In this document: one piece after another, positions 38,841-53,031 of the stretch | How the letters are laid out: each line of letters starts with the position of its first letter | Position numbering within the stretch: position 1 is the first letter of the stretch | Assembly (NCBI RefSeq): GCF_021869535.1 | Contig: NW_026262723.1 | Span: 34,100,001 to 34,164,000 of the forward strand | Direction of reading: 5' to 3' | Length of the DNA: 64,000 nucleotides | From: Mytilus californianus | Taxonomy: Eukaryota | Translations under genes and position numbers: made by a program | The notes under the pieces: generated by a model | Told to the model about the DNA's origin: nothing | Database searches by the model: none | What the model saw: the letters and a program-made list of their open reading frames with translations, nothing else

Positions 38841-41687
38841 CAATTGACATGAATTCGATTAGTCCAAGCATCCCAGGTTACAGATTGCAGAACAACAGAA
38901 GGAGACATCGAACGCCGCACGATTGAAAGCTAAAAACAAATATGAGGAAACTGAGGATTCCTGACAAATTCACTTCACTGAAGTATGTTGGTGGCCCATT
39001 AAAAATATGCATAGTTTGTAGTCATGATAATAACGCCCAGTACAGGTTCCGCGACCATGCATGCGTTATATAGATAGAAATTTCAGATTGGGTGAAGGTC
39101 GTACATTTATAAAAATAGACACGGGGTTTTCCGATAGAAGACGTTTGCAGACGGCAAAATATCGATGTTTATTTGTTGAAAAGTTAAGCAAAAATACGAT
39201 TAAAATTCAATAATCTAGTACCAAATAAATTTATTTACAAGAAACAAAAATGTCTGTTTCGATTCCTCCTTGAGCTGTCCTTCATCATTTCTATAAGGGC
39301 CCCATATTGTGTTGGTACTGGCCTGGGTGGAGGACCCCTCTAGTTTTTGTTGACTCCCTCCTTTGATCTATATAGGCATTTTTAGCTTTCGAAACAGCAT
39401 TCCTCAATTTATCTCTAATCTCATTTGCAATTCTGTAGGCTATGCCTAGGGAGTTTATTTTTATTTCTTCTTAAATCTTTTTGCTTTTTTTGTTTGTGAC
39501 CTCAGGTTTTTTTTTAAGGAAATTCTGGTCAAAGAGTTTTTTCTAACCTTAAGCTTATTCTGTATATTATTGTTATATTTCAAAAGTTTCTACATGTTTT
39601 GTACTCGTCGTATCGTCTTGTTTTTGGGTTTATTATTCAGGATATCAATTTTAAATGATTTTTTTTTCAACTGATATCGTACATGTCTTTTTTTTTTTTT
39701 TTAATTAAAAACAAATGTCCAGCATTAAAATATAGAAAATGCAAAGTCGTATCAATCTTGAGACAAATTTTAATTAATATATCTAATATGCGATAGTATA
39801 TATAAGCATTTGTTTAGTTTTTTCTTCAACATTCATATTTAACTAATTCTAATTAAATACAGCTATCTAAATATCATTTCTTTTTTATTCAATGTAAATA
39901 ATTTTTCCTGGAAATATGATTATGTCTAAGGTCAGTTTTCCCTGTACACTTTTAATATGCAGGGTTTTTTTTCACAACGTGTGTGTATCATTATAAGATA
40001 ATAATGTTAGGTGACAGGATTGTGCTTTTGTGCTCAAGAAAATATTTGTCTTGTATTTTTGCGTTCCATCGTAGAAAAGGGTGTGTTTTTTTCCACTTAA
40101 GATGCTTCTTCATTATTGAAACTAAACAAATAACCAAAAGAGTACTTGTTAACTTCTACGTAGTTTGGTCTCTTGTTGAGAGTTGTCTGATCGGCAATCA
40201 TATCAGATCTTCCTTTTTTTATTCATACTCTTCGAGTCCATAGATTAATTCCTCACTTCACATTTATCAGGCATTTACAATCTTGAACTCACACCTATAT
40301 ATCCAATTTACCATTATTTAGAAAAAAATTAGGGAACATTTCCATGATCACTCGACGTTATTTTTATTTTTTTTTGTTTTTTTCGAAACGTCATTCTCTC
40401 ACTGGCGTATACCCATATTCTCCTTTTTTGATAAATGTTTTTTTAACGTGAAAAGTTTAAACTTTGAAAAAAATATATAATTATGATTTATATTTTTCTT
40501 TAAAGAACAAGAAAGTAAAACTATACTTTTCTGATAATATCTGAACTTCCAAATTTCGTTTTAACTCATTACTGAAAAATTGTTCGCTACAGATGTTATA
40601 AATCTATTTCTTCCGATTCTTTCCCAAATCTTAAATTAATAGCTGCTCAATTACCCAAGTTCGGTGCAATTTTTTTTGTTATCCTCCCTACTGACAACAT
40701 TCAAACTAGAAATTTTAAGTACAATTGCAAACAATGTCACATTTATAAATACGAAAACTATGTACAAACCTATAATCTTCATCATTTCTTATCTTTGAAA
40801 GGTCATGTTTAAGGCAAAATTGTTACCCTTCCCAAGATGTTAGAATATTCATTTCAAACAGTAACACCACTTTTTAACATAAATCGAGCCCTTTGTAGAT
40901 ACATTGCAGACTGAAAGGCAGTTTCGCCGAGTCTTATATATTTGACTTAGTTTTTTTCAGTAAATATGAACAATATCAATTAAAGTAATCATCATTGACC
41001 TTCAATGTGTGCGATTTCATCATTCAATTAAAGGCATTACAATATGCCAGTCATTTCAGAAGCAATCAATCATTGTTTTTGTATTTAAACATGTAACGTC
41101 AAATCTACGAAAATACATTAACAAAATATACCGGTATTTTCATGTGTACAAATCAAATTATTGACAATGTCTACAAATTTAGCAGCTTTTTAGACGATAA
41201 TAAGCGGCATACTCAAGGAATGATAGGTGGATTACATTTCACTTGAGCCACAAATCCCATTACGCGTTCTATACTGAATGCAAGACACAATTCTCTCTAA
41301 TGGTGTTGTTCATCTCATATCAAACCGAGTCCTTTACATGGAGAAAAGATTTCAATGTATGATAAATACGCCTGTACCATGGTTATGAATATTATGGTAA
41401 CAGATGCATTTTTTTTATGTTCCTAATAAATATATTAAAATATTTACTCAAGGTTTGAAACATTGAAAGGTGATTTTAATGATTTAATAATATACACTTT
41501 TTAAAATACAAGTGATGTTAAAGTGATATCATCCGTTATGTCCGGTATTCAATCTGTCTACTATACTTTTGGGTAATCCAACATAAAGTATATTTAAATT
41601 GAAATTGTTTGACGAATTCTTCCTGACTTTTTTTACAATTTTTCTTCGACCACTTCCGTAAATGGTTTGTTCAATTCTCGATTTAAA

Positions 41688-41776
41688 ATGAAGTATCAAT
41701 TAATCGTTTTACTTTACTGTGGAATAAGAAATTATTCTCAAATAAATATAGAAGGTGATTGTACAACATACAAAGG
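41688..41776 (+). CDS. Third copy of receptor exon 1: MKYQLIVLLYCGIRNYSQINIEGDCTTYK(G); no private downstream exons found
   Basis: 89 nt, intact ATG and GG|GTAAG donor, homologous to 8603 and 52943. Confidence 0.7.
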
Positions 41777-43269
41777 GTAAGTTTCAATTATCGTAATTTA
41801 AAATTTAAATTCAACGCATTCCACAATGTTCGACTACTTTTAAACGCAATAAAGATACCACTTAATAACACATTTTTATTCACAAAAATGTGTTTTTCAT
41901 GAACAATCTATGCAAATTTGGGCACTTTTGCACGACTTGTAGCTTGAAAAATAGCACAATGACCCATATTTTTTATTATATTAAAAAAACAAAACATAGT
42001 AAAATCTTCATTTTGGCAAAGTATAAGACAATTCTATCTGAGGAAATATATACCTATGATCTACTTTAAGCCGTCGATCATGTAGTTCATGACAAGTTAA
42101 AAAAAAAACAGTGTAAAGTTTTGATTTGGTGATGTATTAAACAAAGAAAACAGGAATAAGTTCATGGAAATGACAAGTGGAATGGTGGTCATTCGTGGAA
42201 CAAATATTATGTAATGCCAAACTAAAAAGAAAAAAGATTGCGTAAATTATACAAGTGTAGTAATTATTTGATTTCAAATTAATCATGAAATACCAAAATG
42301 GCCACTCTTTAGTTCCTAAATGGGTCATATGTTTTAGCAACAATGTTTAGTAAAACAAATACCTTCACAAGAATATACAATATGATCCAAAGTAAGCATC
42401 TTTTGAATAGGTTGTCAAAAAGGCCGATTTTCTGTAATTGGACCTAACAGCTAAAGAAAAACCAGGGCCTTCACCTATGATCCAAATCGTACAGTTACAA
42501 GAATGCGCAAATGATTATATTGAATCCCTCGACACAATATTTTTTTAGAAAAGGAGACACAGTTATGTATGCAAAAGCTGTTACAAATTAATAAAAATTA
42601 AACCAAGGCTGACGATACAACACAAAAACATGCATCATCCAGGGACCATTTAAAATATGACATACCTAACGGTATTTACTGTGTATTACTAGTCAAATCA
42701 CAGCTATTTTCTTATTGACATATTGACAATACTACCATAATGAGCTGACTTTAGAGCTTATACTGTACTGTAATAATGATAGTTGTTTTCTCTGGCATTG
42801 CATTAAATTCGTTTAAGAACGAGATTGTGGCCATTTGACATTTTATGACAAAGTTGAAAATTAAAGCTTTAGCTATAAAACCAGGTTTAATCCACCGTTA
42901 TCTGCTTTAACTTAGAGAAATGCCTGTACCAAGTCAGGAATATGACAGGAGTTTTTCATTCGTTTGATGTGTTTGAGCTTTTAGTTTTGCCATTTGGTAA
43001 GGGACTTTCCATTTTGAATTTTCCTTGGAGTTTGGTATTTTTGTTATTTTACTTTTTGCTAGCAGAGAATCTTATTAATTTGTCTTTTGTAGAATTTTTG
43101 CCTGGTTAAAAAAAAACATCAAAACCTGAGGCCCAATTTAACCCTAAGTGATCAATGCCTTTCAACATAAAATGGTAGCATACGCTATAAATTTATATTT
43201 TGGGATATCATAAGGCATATTTTGTTAATAGTGAAAAAAAGGTAAACCATGTTACACAGAGGAACAAGC

Positions 43270-44430
43270 GAGCAGTATGCTGGAGTTTCTTATCGACAAC
43301 ATATTTGTTGAATTTGGAGGTAGACTTTTTCAACAAATTGTCGGCATTCCTATGGGAACGAACTGTGCGCCTCTCCTTGCCGACCTCTTCTTATTTTCAT
43401 ATGAATCTGAGTTCCGTCAGACACTTGTCAAAAACAAGAAGATCAAAGAAGCCAGATTATTTAATTTCACTTTCAGATATATCGATAATGTTCTTTCCAT
43501 TAACAATCCGAACTTTTCTGATTGGGTTCTATTAATATATCCCCCAGAACTAGAAATTAAAGAAACAACAGACACGGCTTCCTCCGCCTCATGTTTAGAC
43601 TTATACCTAGAATTTGACATACACAGTCATCTCAGTACCAGAATCTTTGACAAACGAGACGATTTTAATTTTGAAATTATCAATTTCCCCCACCTTAGTA
43701 GCAATATACCAACTTCACCTTCATATGGGATATACATTTCCCAACTTATTCGATATTCAAGAAATTGCAGCTCCTACTCAGACTTTGTAAAACGTTACCA
43801 GTGTCTGAGCAGAGAGTTGATGAACCAGGGGTATGTCAAAGAACGTCTCGTCCTTTTTCTAAAAAAGTTCATCGGAAGGTACCAAGATCTTGTTGATAAA
43901 TATTCCGTATCAACTTCACAAATAATACATGATGGTCTTGATGTATAGATTCTGCGTACTGACGTTGCTTATCATCTTAATAACGTGTTATATTGTTCTT
44001 TTATTTGTCTTTGTTCTATTATTAGTATTACTTTTACTGTTTGGTCTGTTTTCTGTGATATCCATTTGACGTGGCTCGGTACTTATACATCCCGTCAATA
44101 TGTTTGTATTATCTTTCATTTTTGTTGGTGTGTTTTGTACGTGTGACTTTATGTGTTTCTTTGGTACATATGACATGGCTCTGTACTTTTAAAGATCCCA
44201 CCATTTTGTTATTGTTCTATTATAATACCATTATGTTATTGTTCTATTATAATTTTGAAAATACTTTGAACGACAACATTATTTTACTGGCGTAGTGGTA
44301 TTAACCATATGTGGATTCTTAAAAATTCTAAAGAACTTCTGGATAATTTTTAATCTCGGTCTTTTTCTGAAATTAGTCCAAACAAAAACTTTTGATTTTT
44401 CAACCCTGTATACCACCATTCCCATGTGAA
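43270..44430 (+). mobile_element. Penelope-like element, 5'-truncated RT (ORF 43277-43948) followed by a partial tandem copy of upstream RT sequence
   Basis: QQIVGIPMGTNCAPLLADLFL, RYIDNV (second catalytic D->N), FDKRDDFNF, YISQLIRYSR. Region 44290-44430 encodes HMWILKNSKELL...KTFDFSTLYTTIP. Confidence 0.88.
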
Positions 44431-44750
44431 ATTATGATTTGGAAAAAAGTTTGAAGGACAAAATTATTTTATATTTCTTCCTGTGTGACGTTTACCTTTT
44501 CTGGCGTCAAACACCCGACTCTACACTAAGAGTAGATGTAAATGCAGTCGCAGGACTTTAAATATTTCAATCCTTTATGGGTTGATTTAAAATACATATA
44601 TAAGTAAGCAATGAATGTGGTTGTTAAATTTGATAGATGCTTTTTGTGTGATGACTGCTGTACCCATATTTTGACAATGTTACCTATTATGTCTGTAAAT
44701 AGAATGGAATTTGATGCGACTGTCTTACAAGTGGGAGGCTTAGCCCTTTA

Positions 44751-44922
44751 AAACCAGGTTCAATCCACTATTTTCTACATTTGAAAATGCCTGTACCAAG
44801 TCAGGAGTATGACAGTTGTTGTCCATTCGTTTGATGTGTTTTATCATTTGATTTTGCCATTTGATTAGGGACTTTCCGTTTTGATTTTCCTCGGAGTCCA
44901 GTATTTTTGTGATTCTACTTTC
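44751..44922 (+). repeat. Dispersed ~170-bp repeat (AAAACCAGGTT...GCCTGTACCAAGTCAGGA...GGGACTTTCC...TTTTACTTT)
   Basis: Further copies at about 16278-16450, 25544-25720, 42879-43056, 53905-54030 and 56838-56965. Class not determined. Confidence 0.85.
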
Positions 44923-46959
44923 ATTTGACTAGAGTCATTATTTGCTTTCCCTTGTAGTCACATTTTATAACATGATCTATAAAGATTGACACCTGAACAG
45001 TTGGTCACCTAGAAGATATTTTATTAAGGTTATCACATCTTGTGTCTTACAAACTGATGTCGTCAGCCATGATCATCTTTATTTTGTCTTATTGCACATT
45101 ACATTATACAGTTCAAGCAATATAATATACAAAACAAACATAATACAATATGAAGGAAAAAAGAAGGGAAATCATTATTTGTATTTGTCTAAACATATTT
45201 TTGTTTGTTTTTAAAGAGTAACCATATGAAATATAAACCGTAATAACAATATCAAATAAAATATATGAATTAACATCATTATTATAAAAAAGTATATTTT
45301 TTCTATTTCCTTTTTAAGAATTAATGTGTATTCGTTGTCTGGGTATATTTCTTAAATTTTTAAGATTATATCTCTAATTTAAGATTATTTGACGCAATGT
45401 ATTATGAGAGGGGAATTTGATGAAGATTTCCGTGTTATTAAAGAAAGAATATTGTGTCTCAATTTATAATACATAAACACTACATACGAGAGGCGAAAGA
45501 TAACAGAGGGACGTTCAAAATCATACGCCAAAAAAAGAAACAGACCAAAAGACGGACAACTGTACACAAAATATAACATAAAAAAACTAAAGACTGAGCG
45601 ACACAAACCCCACCAAAAACAGGGGGTGATCTCAGATGATCTGGAAGGGTAAGCAGATCCTGCTCCGCATGTGGCACCCATCTTGTTGCTCATGTAAGTA
45701 CAAACCCGGTGATAAGTCTAATTCGGTAGAATCAACGTCGGTGACAAAGAAGACGAGATTGTTGTTACGACGATTGGAACATATCCGTCATATATATTAC
45801 AAACATATAGATACGAAACTAAACGAAACAGCACTTAACTGTTGTTCTTCGTTTTAAAGTCACACACATAGATTTTATTTATATATATACATTTATTCTT
45901 CAACCAACTATGTTTAAAGATTATTAATATTTTTATTTTCCTTGATTGAAACATGACCGAAAGTAAATTCTCATCGGAGTTTTAACTTATGTTGAGTAAA
46001 AAGCACTCGAGTGTTACCCTCGATTTGGTGGGATTCGTGATGCTCAGTTTTTAGATTTCTAGGTAATGTTTTATGATTGCTATGTGTTCTTTCGTGTCTT
46101 TTTCCATTGGTCAGTGTTGTCTTTCCTCATTGGACTTTAAAATTTTTTCGATTACCCCAATGGCATTTTCCCTGTCTTTGCTTGATTTAATATAATTTTT
46201 TATATTAAGGTTCTATGCTGTTAATTTTCTTGTTATAAGACACTGCGAAAATTGTCAATTACCTCTTAATTCATTTCATAAGCAACTTGTTTTTCAAACT
46301 ATATTTTTACATTTTTAAAATAACGCCAAGTTTGATGTGTATTTCGACGTAGAAAATATTCTGTGTAAATTTAATGGAAATTGTTCTAATGAATTGGCTT
46401 GGTGTTTTTTTTTTCATTTCAATTGAATGAAATGTTTCCTGTTTCGTCTTAAACAATGCATAAAATAATTGTGTCATTGACCAATGTCCATATAACTAAT
46501 TCCTGTACAATATATATGTTAATTGCATTATGTTCCGTTATTTTGATTATTATATGCAAATTGAATATGAGCAGAAGACCGTGAGCGTCAAAAATGTTCT
46601 AGATAAATAAAAAAGTTATGATGATTAAAAAATATATTTAAAATGTTTACTACGTTTCAATGATGAAAGAAAATAATAATAAAAAAAAATGTTTTTTATG
46701 AAGTTATAAAAAAATCCGAAACTGTGTTGAACTTGAATGGAAATTTAGAGCTCGTTCATTTTACGTTATAACATTTTTGGGAAAAAAACATGTTATCTGT
46801 TTTTAATGATTAAACAGATCATCATAAAAACGTACGCCTTTCATGGTTAATACAAAAGGTTAAAGCTCTATTTATTTATTTAATGAATTGTATAATTAAG
46901 GTCATTCAGTATTCCTTAATGAAATAAGCAATGTCCAAACCCAAATGACACAGGGAAAC

Positions 46960-48467
46960 AACAGTCCACAATATACTACACGAACAATAACTGGTCCAGT
47001 ATTTAAATCTGACTTCAAATAAATACTACGGAGGGTAACATTAATACAACCTAACTCCACACCCTGTTACAAAACAAAGGCACCAACAGAAGGGTCATCG
47101 GACAAATGCAACACCTTTTAACAACATAGTATGAGAAGCTCCAGTGTCCCGTAAAATCTTAAAGGGCTGATGAGTAGTATTATTAACAATAGAAACAAAC
47201 CCATTAGACATAAAAGGTTTATAATCCTCCTTGTAATCACAAACACTTGACTTAAAAGACTGACTCGCAGGTCACAAGGGGTGTCGTACAAACACTGGTC
47301 TTTGGTTAAATATCTTTTTCAATCTTTCTCTGGAGTCTAAAACAATTATCCATCACATGACCAAATTTCTTACAATATGCACAAGTCAGTGACTTTTTCT
47401 CAAAAGGATAAGATTTTGGACTCCACATGGTATAACTAGACTGAGTCTTATTCCGTCCAACAGGTTTACTATCAGCACGCTCAACAGCTGTATATTGCAA
47501 TGTCTCAACAGTTTTGTCATCTAAATGTGTTTTTTAATCTAAATGAACACACTGATTGAACTCTTCTAATAACATTAACTGTCTAATTTTATCAAAATTG
47601 TTATCTATTTTCTATGACCTAAGCCATTTATCAAATAGATCTTCCTTTTCCCTTCAAATTCAACATAGGTTTGCTATTCACACTTTTTATAAGACCTAAA
47701 TTTATGTCTATATGGTTCCGGCACTAGCCTATAAGCTTTCAAAACTTCCTGTTTTACAGTGTCATAATCAGAACTTTTTTTGAAGAAAGTGCTGCGTAAA
47801 TGTCAGCGGCCTTGCCAACAAAAACACTTGCAGCATTTTGGTCCCATACGGCTCTGACCATTTCATATTTTGAACAATTTTCTCAACTGTAGAAAATACT
47901 ATAAACTGTTTTATCACAAGATTTGGCAACGAAAAGTATAATTTATGCTGCCTCAAAATGTTCTGATTTTGACTCAACTTAAGTGTTGCTTTCTTATTTG
48001 ACCATTTCTATTTTTATTTTCTCCATCTCTTACCTTTTCCTTATTTCAAGCTCTGTCCGTCTCTCTTCGTTTTCCAATTGTTTTGATTTAACTTCTTTTT
48101 CCAATTGTTTTAATTTAACTTCTTTTTCCAATTGTTTTAATTTAAATTCATGTTCTTATTCCATCTGTTTTAATTTGATAGCATCAACATTTCGACCTAA
48201 AGTTCAAGAGCTTCTTCGCCCAGAATTTCTGTGTCATCTAATTTGTCATAGATACTCTAACATCTATTTTCATATGTCAAGCAAGCAACACGAAATCCTC
48301 TTTCTTTAGTTTATTCAACCCCTCCAGGTCTGGCATTGATAAGAATTTACTGCCATCAAATGCCTTTTATTTTTAAATTTTGTTGGCTAAAACTAATTCA
48401 ATAAAATCTATTTACTTTGAACATTTTAATCTTATATTAACGTTATCCAGGACCAGTCCACAATTTC
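46960..48467 (-). mobile_element. Decayed Gypsy LTR-retrotransposon internal region (gag + aspartic protease; RT/IN missing)
   Basis: Zinc knuckle CAYCKKFGHVMDNC (47306-47500 ORF), protease ILRDTGAS (47134-47157), 27-bp repeats encoding LEKEVKLKQ (48070-48140), and many stops and frameshifts. Confidence 0.88.
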
Positions 48468-49086
48468 TGTTACGGCCAGAAATCACCTTAAAATATAGCC
48501 AACAAAAGACAAAAATAGATAATCAATTTACCAAGATTTATTATACAATTTTACAAGAAATATCATACAAATAGAAATGTCAACTTAACTGTTATAATAT
48601 CTGAATGTACGATCTTATAGTCCTTTCTTTATCCAGAACTCTTCACTTTACTGTAACGGATACAACGGAATATGTATATGTCGAATAAGTTCACAAACTA
48701 ATATGACGCTGATGACATAAATAAAAGTGTCAATCCAACAACTTTAGAGATCTTCTGAGAATACGTATATCTGTCTAAATAAGTTTAATTTTGCTGTATG
48801 TGTATGTAGTTACCACGGAAACTTCTGGAACACTGTAGAAGGGAAACTTCTAGAAAACTTTCATTTTAATTACGCATCGAAGATTATATTCATTCTGAAT
48901 TATTATGCAAGTCTAGTATAAAGTTCCAACCATTCCATCAGTATATGCGACTTTTCCAGAGATTTTTAAACTGCACAATTATAACATTCGTTTGTAAGCA
49001 ACTATAAATAGATCATAATTCAATTATGTAAACATCGTATAAGGCTACACAAAACTAATAATTATGATAATTACAATCTTATAACA
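48468..49086 (-). mobile_element. Putative 5' LTR of the Gypsy remnant
   Basis: TGTTA...TAACA ends. A PBS-like TGGACTGGTCCTGGATAACG (48441-48460, minus) lies 7 nt inside, followed by the gag start region. No second LTR is present to confirm it. Confidence 0.6.
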
Positions 49087-49099
49087 ACTTCATGTTTTA

Positions 49100-50410
49100 A
49101 CAGTCAACGACGAACTTCAAAGGCATTGTGAAACTACCTACTCTAGGGACGGCTTGAATCTGATGTTGATACTTAACAATTCGAAAGATCTGTTAGAGTC
49201 CATACAATCTAAGTCTCTTTCCTCTTGCAAAAGTATTAAAACTTTTGACTTTTTACCCTTTACACAAGTATTCCCCATTCCAAGTTAAAAGACAAATTGA
49301 AAGAATTGTTCCTGCTTTGTTTCATAAAAAAAAAGAATGGTCAGCGTAGATATAATGTGTTAGGGAGGGATTTATCTTACATTTTAAAAATTCACTCTGA
49401 TTCACACACAAAAAAACCAAAGATTTCTATGAAACTTACAATATCAAGATGCTTGATTTCTTGACTGACAACACATTTGTTACGTTTGGGGGACGTGTTT
49501 TCCAACAAACAATCGGCATTCCCATTGGAATTAACTGTGCTACTCTACTTGCCGACTTGTTAGTTTACTCATACGAGACTGACTCCATACAGGAGCTTCT
49601 TAGGAAGAATGAAAAGATGGTAGCATTATCCTTTATCTTCATGTTCCGCTATATAGATGATGTCATCTTACTAATAGTTTTCAATGTTTAACGCATCTAT
49701 CCCATCAAACTTGAAATAAAGGATACAACAGCTAAACTTAAGTTTGCTTCATTTTTTGACTTACATCGAGAAATTGACGATGAAGGTCGGTTGAGAACAA
49801 AACTTTACGACAAAAGAGATGATTTCAGCTTCTCAATTGTGAATTTTCCATTTCTATGTAGAAACATTCCAACAACACCTGCATATGGTGTATATATCTC
49901 CCAGTTGATACGATATTCCAGAGCTTTCATTTCCAATCGTGATGTTCGAGAGCTGCTGCTAACAAGGAAGCTATGTAACCAAGAGTTCCAAGTGGAGAAG
50001 TTGAAATCTTCACTTCGAAAAATTTACGGACGCTATCACGAGTTGGTTGATTTTTATGGAATATCTGTTTCACAGATGACGACGTAAATTTTCCAATTAT
50101 TGTTACCACATTCCCGTCCTCTTTTCCCCGAATGTGACCTACTGAATTAGACTAATCACCGAATTTGTACTTTCGTGAGTAATACGGCGGGTGCCACATG
50201 TGAAACAGGATCCGCGTACCCTTCTGCAGCACATTATATCAACCCGGGTTTTGGTGGGGTTTGTGTTGCTCAATCCGTATTTTTTGTATGTTGTTTTTTG
50301 TGTACTGTTGTTGGTCTTTTCGTCGGTTTTCGTTTTTTACCATGGTAAGTCAGTTTGTTTTTGACTTATGGGTTTGAATATCTCTTTGGTATATTTTGCC
50401 TCTCTTTCAC
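49100..50410 (+). mobile_element. Decayed Penelope-like RT and 3' end
   Basis: KTFDFFTLYTSIPH, QQTIGIPIG, FRYIDDV, YDKRDDFSF and YISQLIRYSR, with frameshifts and deletions. Confidence 0.88.
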
Positions 50411-51463
50411 AGACAACACTCTGTTTTAGAGGTATGACTCTATTTTTTCCCATTCTTTCTCATATTTGATGGCTAATTGTTTACTTATAGGCTAGATAAT
50501 ACTTGGTCAATTAACCAATTTAGAACAAATTCACACCTTCGAGTGACATAACAAAATTTTTAATTTTTTTTTCGGGGGGGGGGGGGGGGGTCTATATATG
50601 TACCATTAAATAACATTTACTATGATGAAATCTAAACTTAAAATGCTTTTGTAGTTCTATTCTCTTGATTTCATATATAATACCGGGTAATAAGACAAAC
50701 AACCGTACTCATGATGTTTTCCTTTGCTCTTTTCCTTGGACATTGCCTTGGGGGATGTACACTCCGTTAGTGCAAATTTTAAAAGTTCACTTTCATAATT
50801 AATCTACAATGAAAATTCATTCATGTGTAGCATTTTATAGTGCATGGAAAGCCAGGTACTATGAAAAATAGATTGGAAAATACTGATTTTTCATTGGACG
50901 AGAATGGGTGAGTATGTTCTAATTGTTATTAGTACTTTGTGATGTTTCCTAATTAAATTACTTGACCTTTCTATCGGTAGCCTGTATATTAAATTAGCAC
51001 ATACCTACAACTTCTCGTCCATGTCCATGCAATCATATTGCTTAAATGTGTCTTCTAATTTTCATAGTACATACTTTTCCCGTGTACTAAGTAACTATGT
51101 ATGACTGACCACCAAGAAAACATTCCATTGTATCGTAATCAAGATATTAAAAACAAAAAGTGCCACTGGCTTTTTTGGAATAAGATTTTCTGTCCTTAAT
51201 TAAAAAAGTGTCTGTAATTAGTTTTCACATTGACTTTTATATATCCTGCTATTAAAATTTTTGGTTTTAGAAACTTATTTTAAACATACTAGTTTCTATC
51301 ATTTATTTATATAATTAATAAACAATGTGGAAATTCATCATTCATGCAATAACATTTAATTTATTATTTTTATACACAAAAATGTATGTGCTATAAAACC
51401 CTGTAAAGGGAAATTCAAGCAACTTCATGATGATGATGTTGACAATCATTATTTACGTTCTTA

Positions 51464-51512
51464 CGGATTTTTCAATTCATGATGAACGGGTTCATTATGA
51501 ATTGAAAAACCG
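51464..51512. repeat. Near-perfect palindrome (20-bp arms, 1 mismatch, 2-nt centre)
   Basis: TTTTTCAATTCATGATGAAC-GG-GTTCATTATGAATTGAAAAA. Confidence 0.9.
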
Positions 51513-52077
51513 TGATGCTTGAAGGGAATGTGCCACCAATATCTTTATTCTGATAAAGCTTTTGGTTTATACTTTAAAATATAAAAAACAAACCTGTAAT
51601 ATCATAATTGATCTATTGTTTCTTGCTCTTTTAATGCCTATCTTCTAGACTATCTTTTGGTCATATTTATCTATATTTTGTTTCAGTTTAACATACTTTA
51701 GTTTAACTTTGAAATTGAGATATGTTTGCAAAACATGTAAAACCTACACTTAATTGTGTCATTTTACCTTGTAAAAAAGTAAATATCTCTTAATATACAT
51801 ACGTACTTACACCAGCAGCTACCATCTTTTCATTCTAGATTCAAGGGCCTTTTAATATCACATATAATTTTTATAAACTCGTGATCTGGAAAATCACTTA
51901 ACAAATAGAAAAAATATGATACTAGTGAGTAAATTTTACAATACATAAAACTTAGATAATGAACTCCGTTTTACAAACACCTGTGAAGCAAGAAGTCAGC
52001 AGAATGAACTATCAATAGACCAATTAAAAGTTTACTCGAGTTGTAAATATGTGCTAAATTGGATAGTCTATGGTGAG

Positions 52078-52139
52078 GTATATACTATGAAATTAAGTGC
52101 CCGGGGAAAGCCCCTCGCTCGAAATTTCATAGTATATAC
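52078..52139. repeat. Mini foldback: 17-bp perfect inverted repeat enclosing a GGGG-AAAG-CCCC hairpin
   Basis: GTATATACTATGAAATT (52078-52094) / AATTTCATAGTATATAC (52123-52139). Confidence 0.85.
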
Positions 52140-52942
52140 ATTTCCATACGCTAACCGATACATATAGTTTTGTTTTACCGAGTCTTATTTTACTTATATT
52201 TCATTATAACAATGATTAATATTAGTAATCAGCCTTGGTCCTTCCATGTTCACCATTATATTCAATTGAAGCCATAAAGCAAGTCTCAGTCAAATTGCAA
52301 TTTGGCATGTTTGAAATGTACGTCGACCCAATCCAGAAAAATACATGCACAGTTCTACTTGGATCTTTAATTGTAAATATTCAAAGACATTAACACATTA
52401 ACAAATATAGCATTGTTCAGACTACATAAAGTAGAACACCAATTGTAAAAAGGGGATTAATAAATCATCCCAACAATTCAGTATACGCTCTTTGTGTGCT
52501 TTGTAACACTCAAAGGAAAGGAACGTAACTTTCTTGTGTTGTCCTTCGTCTCATAACCATAGAGATCCTCTAACATAGAACAAATTTTCACACATCATCG
52601 CATGATAAATATGCCCTTACCACCGTCTAAGAATATGTTATTCATAGATGTAATGAAGTTTCGTGCAAACTAATTTTGACTCTATTCAATATTAAAAAAA
52701 CTATTAGCTCGAGTCGGAAAAACATCATCATAATATTTTATAGCAAAACACTTTTGAAATGCAATAGATATAAGTGGCAACATCCCTTGTGTCCGTTCCC
52801 CAATTTGCCTGATTTTCAGTTATCCTGTGTAATTGTATATGAAGTATATTTCACATAACATTGTTTGAAAAATCCTTCCTCACTTGTTTTAAACATTTGT
52901 CTACGTGCACTCCAATAAATCGTTGTTTCTCCTATCGATGAA

Positions 52943-53031
52943 ATGAAGTTTCAAGTGATTTGTTTACTTATTTATGGAATAAGAAATTCCTCTCAAATAA
53001 ATGATAACTATTGTTATAATGGAAGTACTGG
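52943..53031 (+). CDS. Receptor gene E exon 1: MKFQVICLLIYGIRNSSQINDNYCYNGST(G)
   Basis: 89 nt, GG|GTAAG donor, homologous to 8603. Confidence 0.8.

Noticed and set aside
50841-50907. Possible exon TTTTATAG|...ENG|GTGAG
   Set aside because: Good splice sites and an open frame, but the phases (1/2) do not fit after exon 41688-41776 and there is no homology to the receptor exons.
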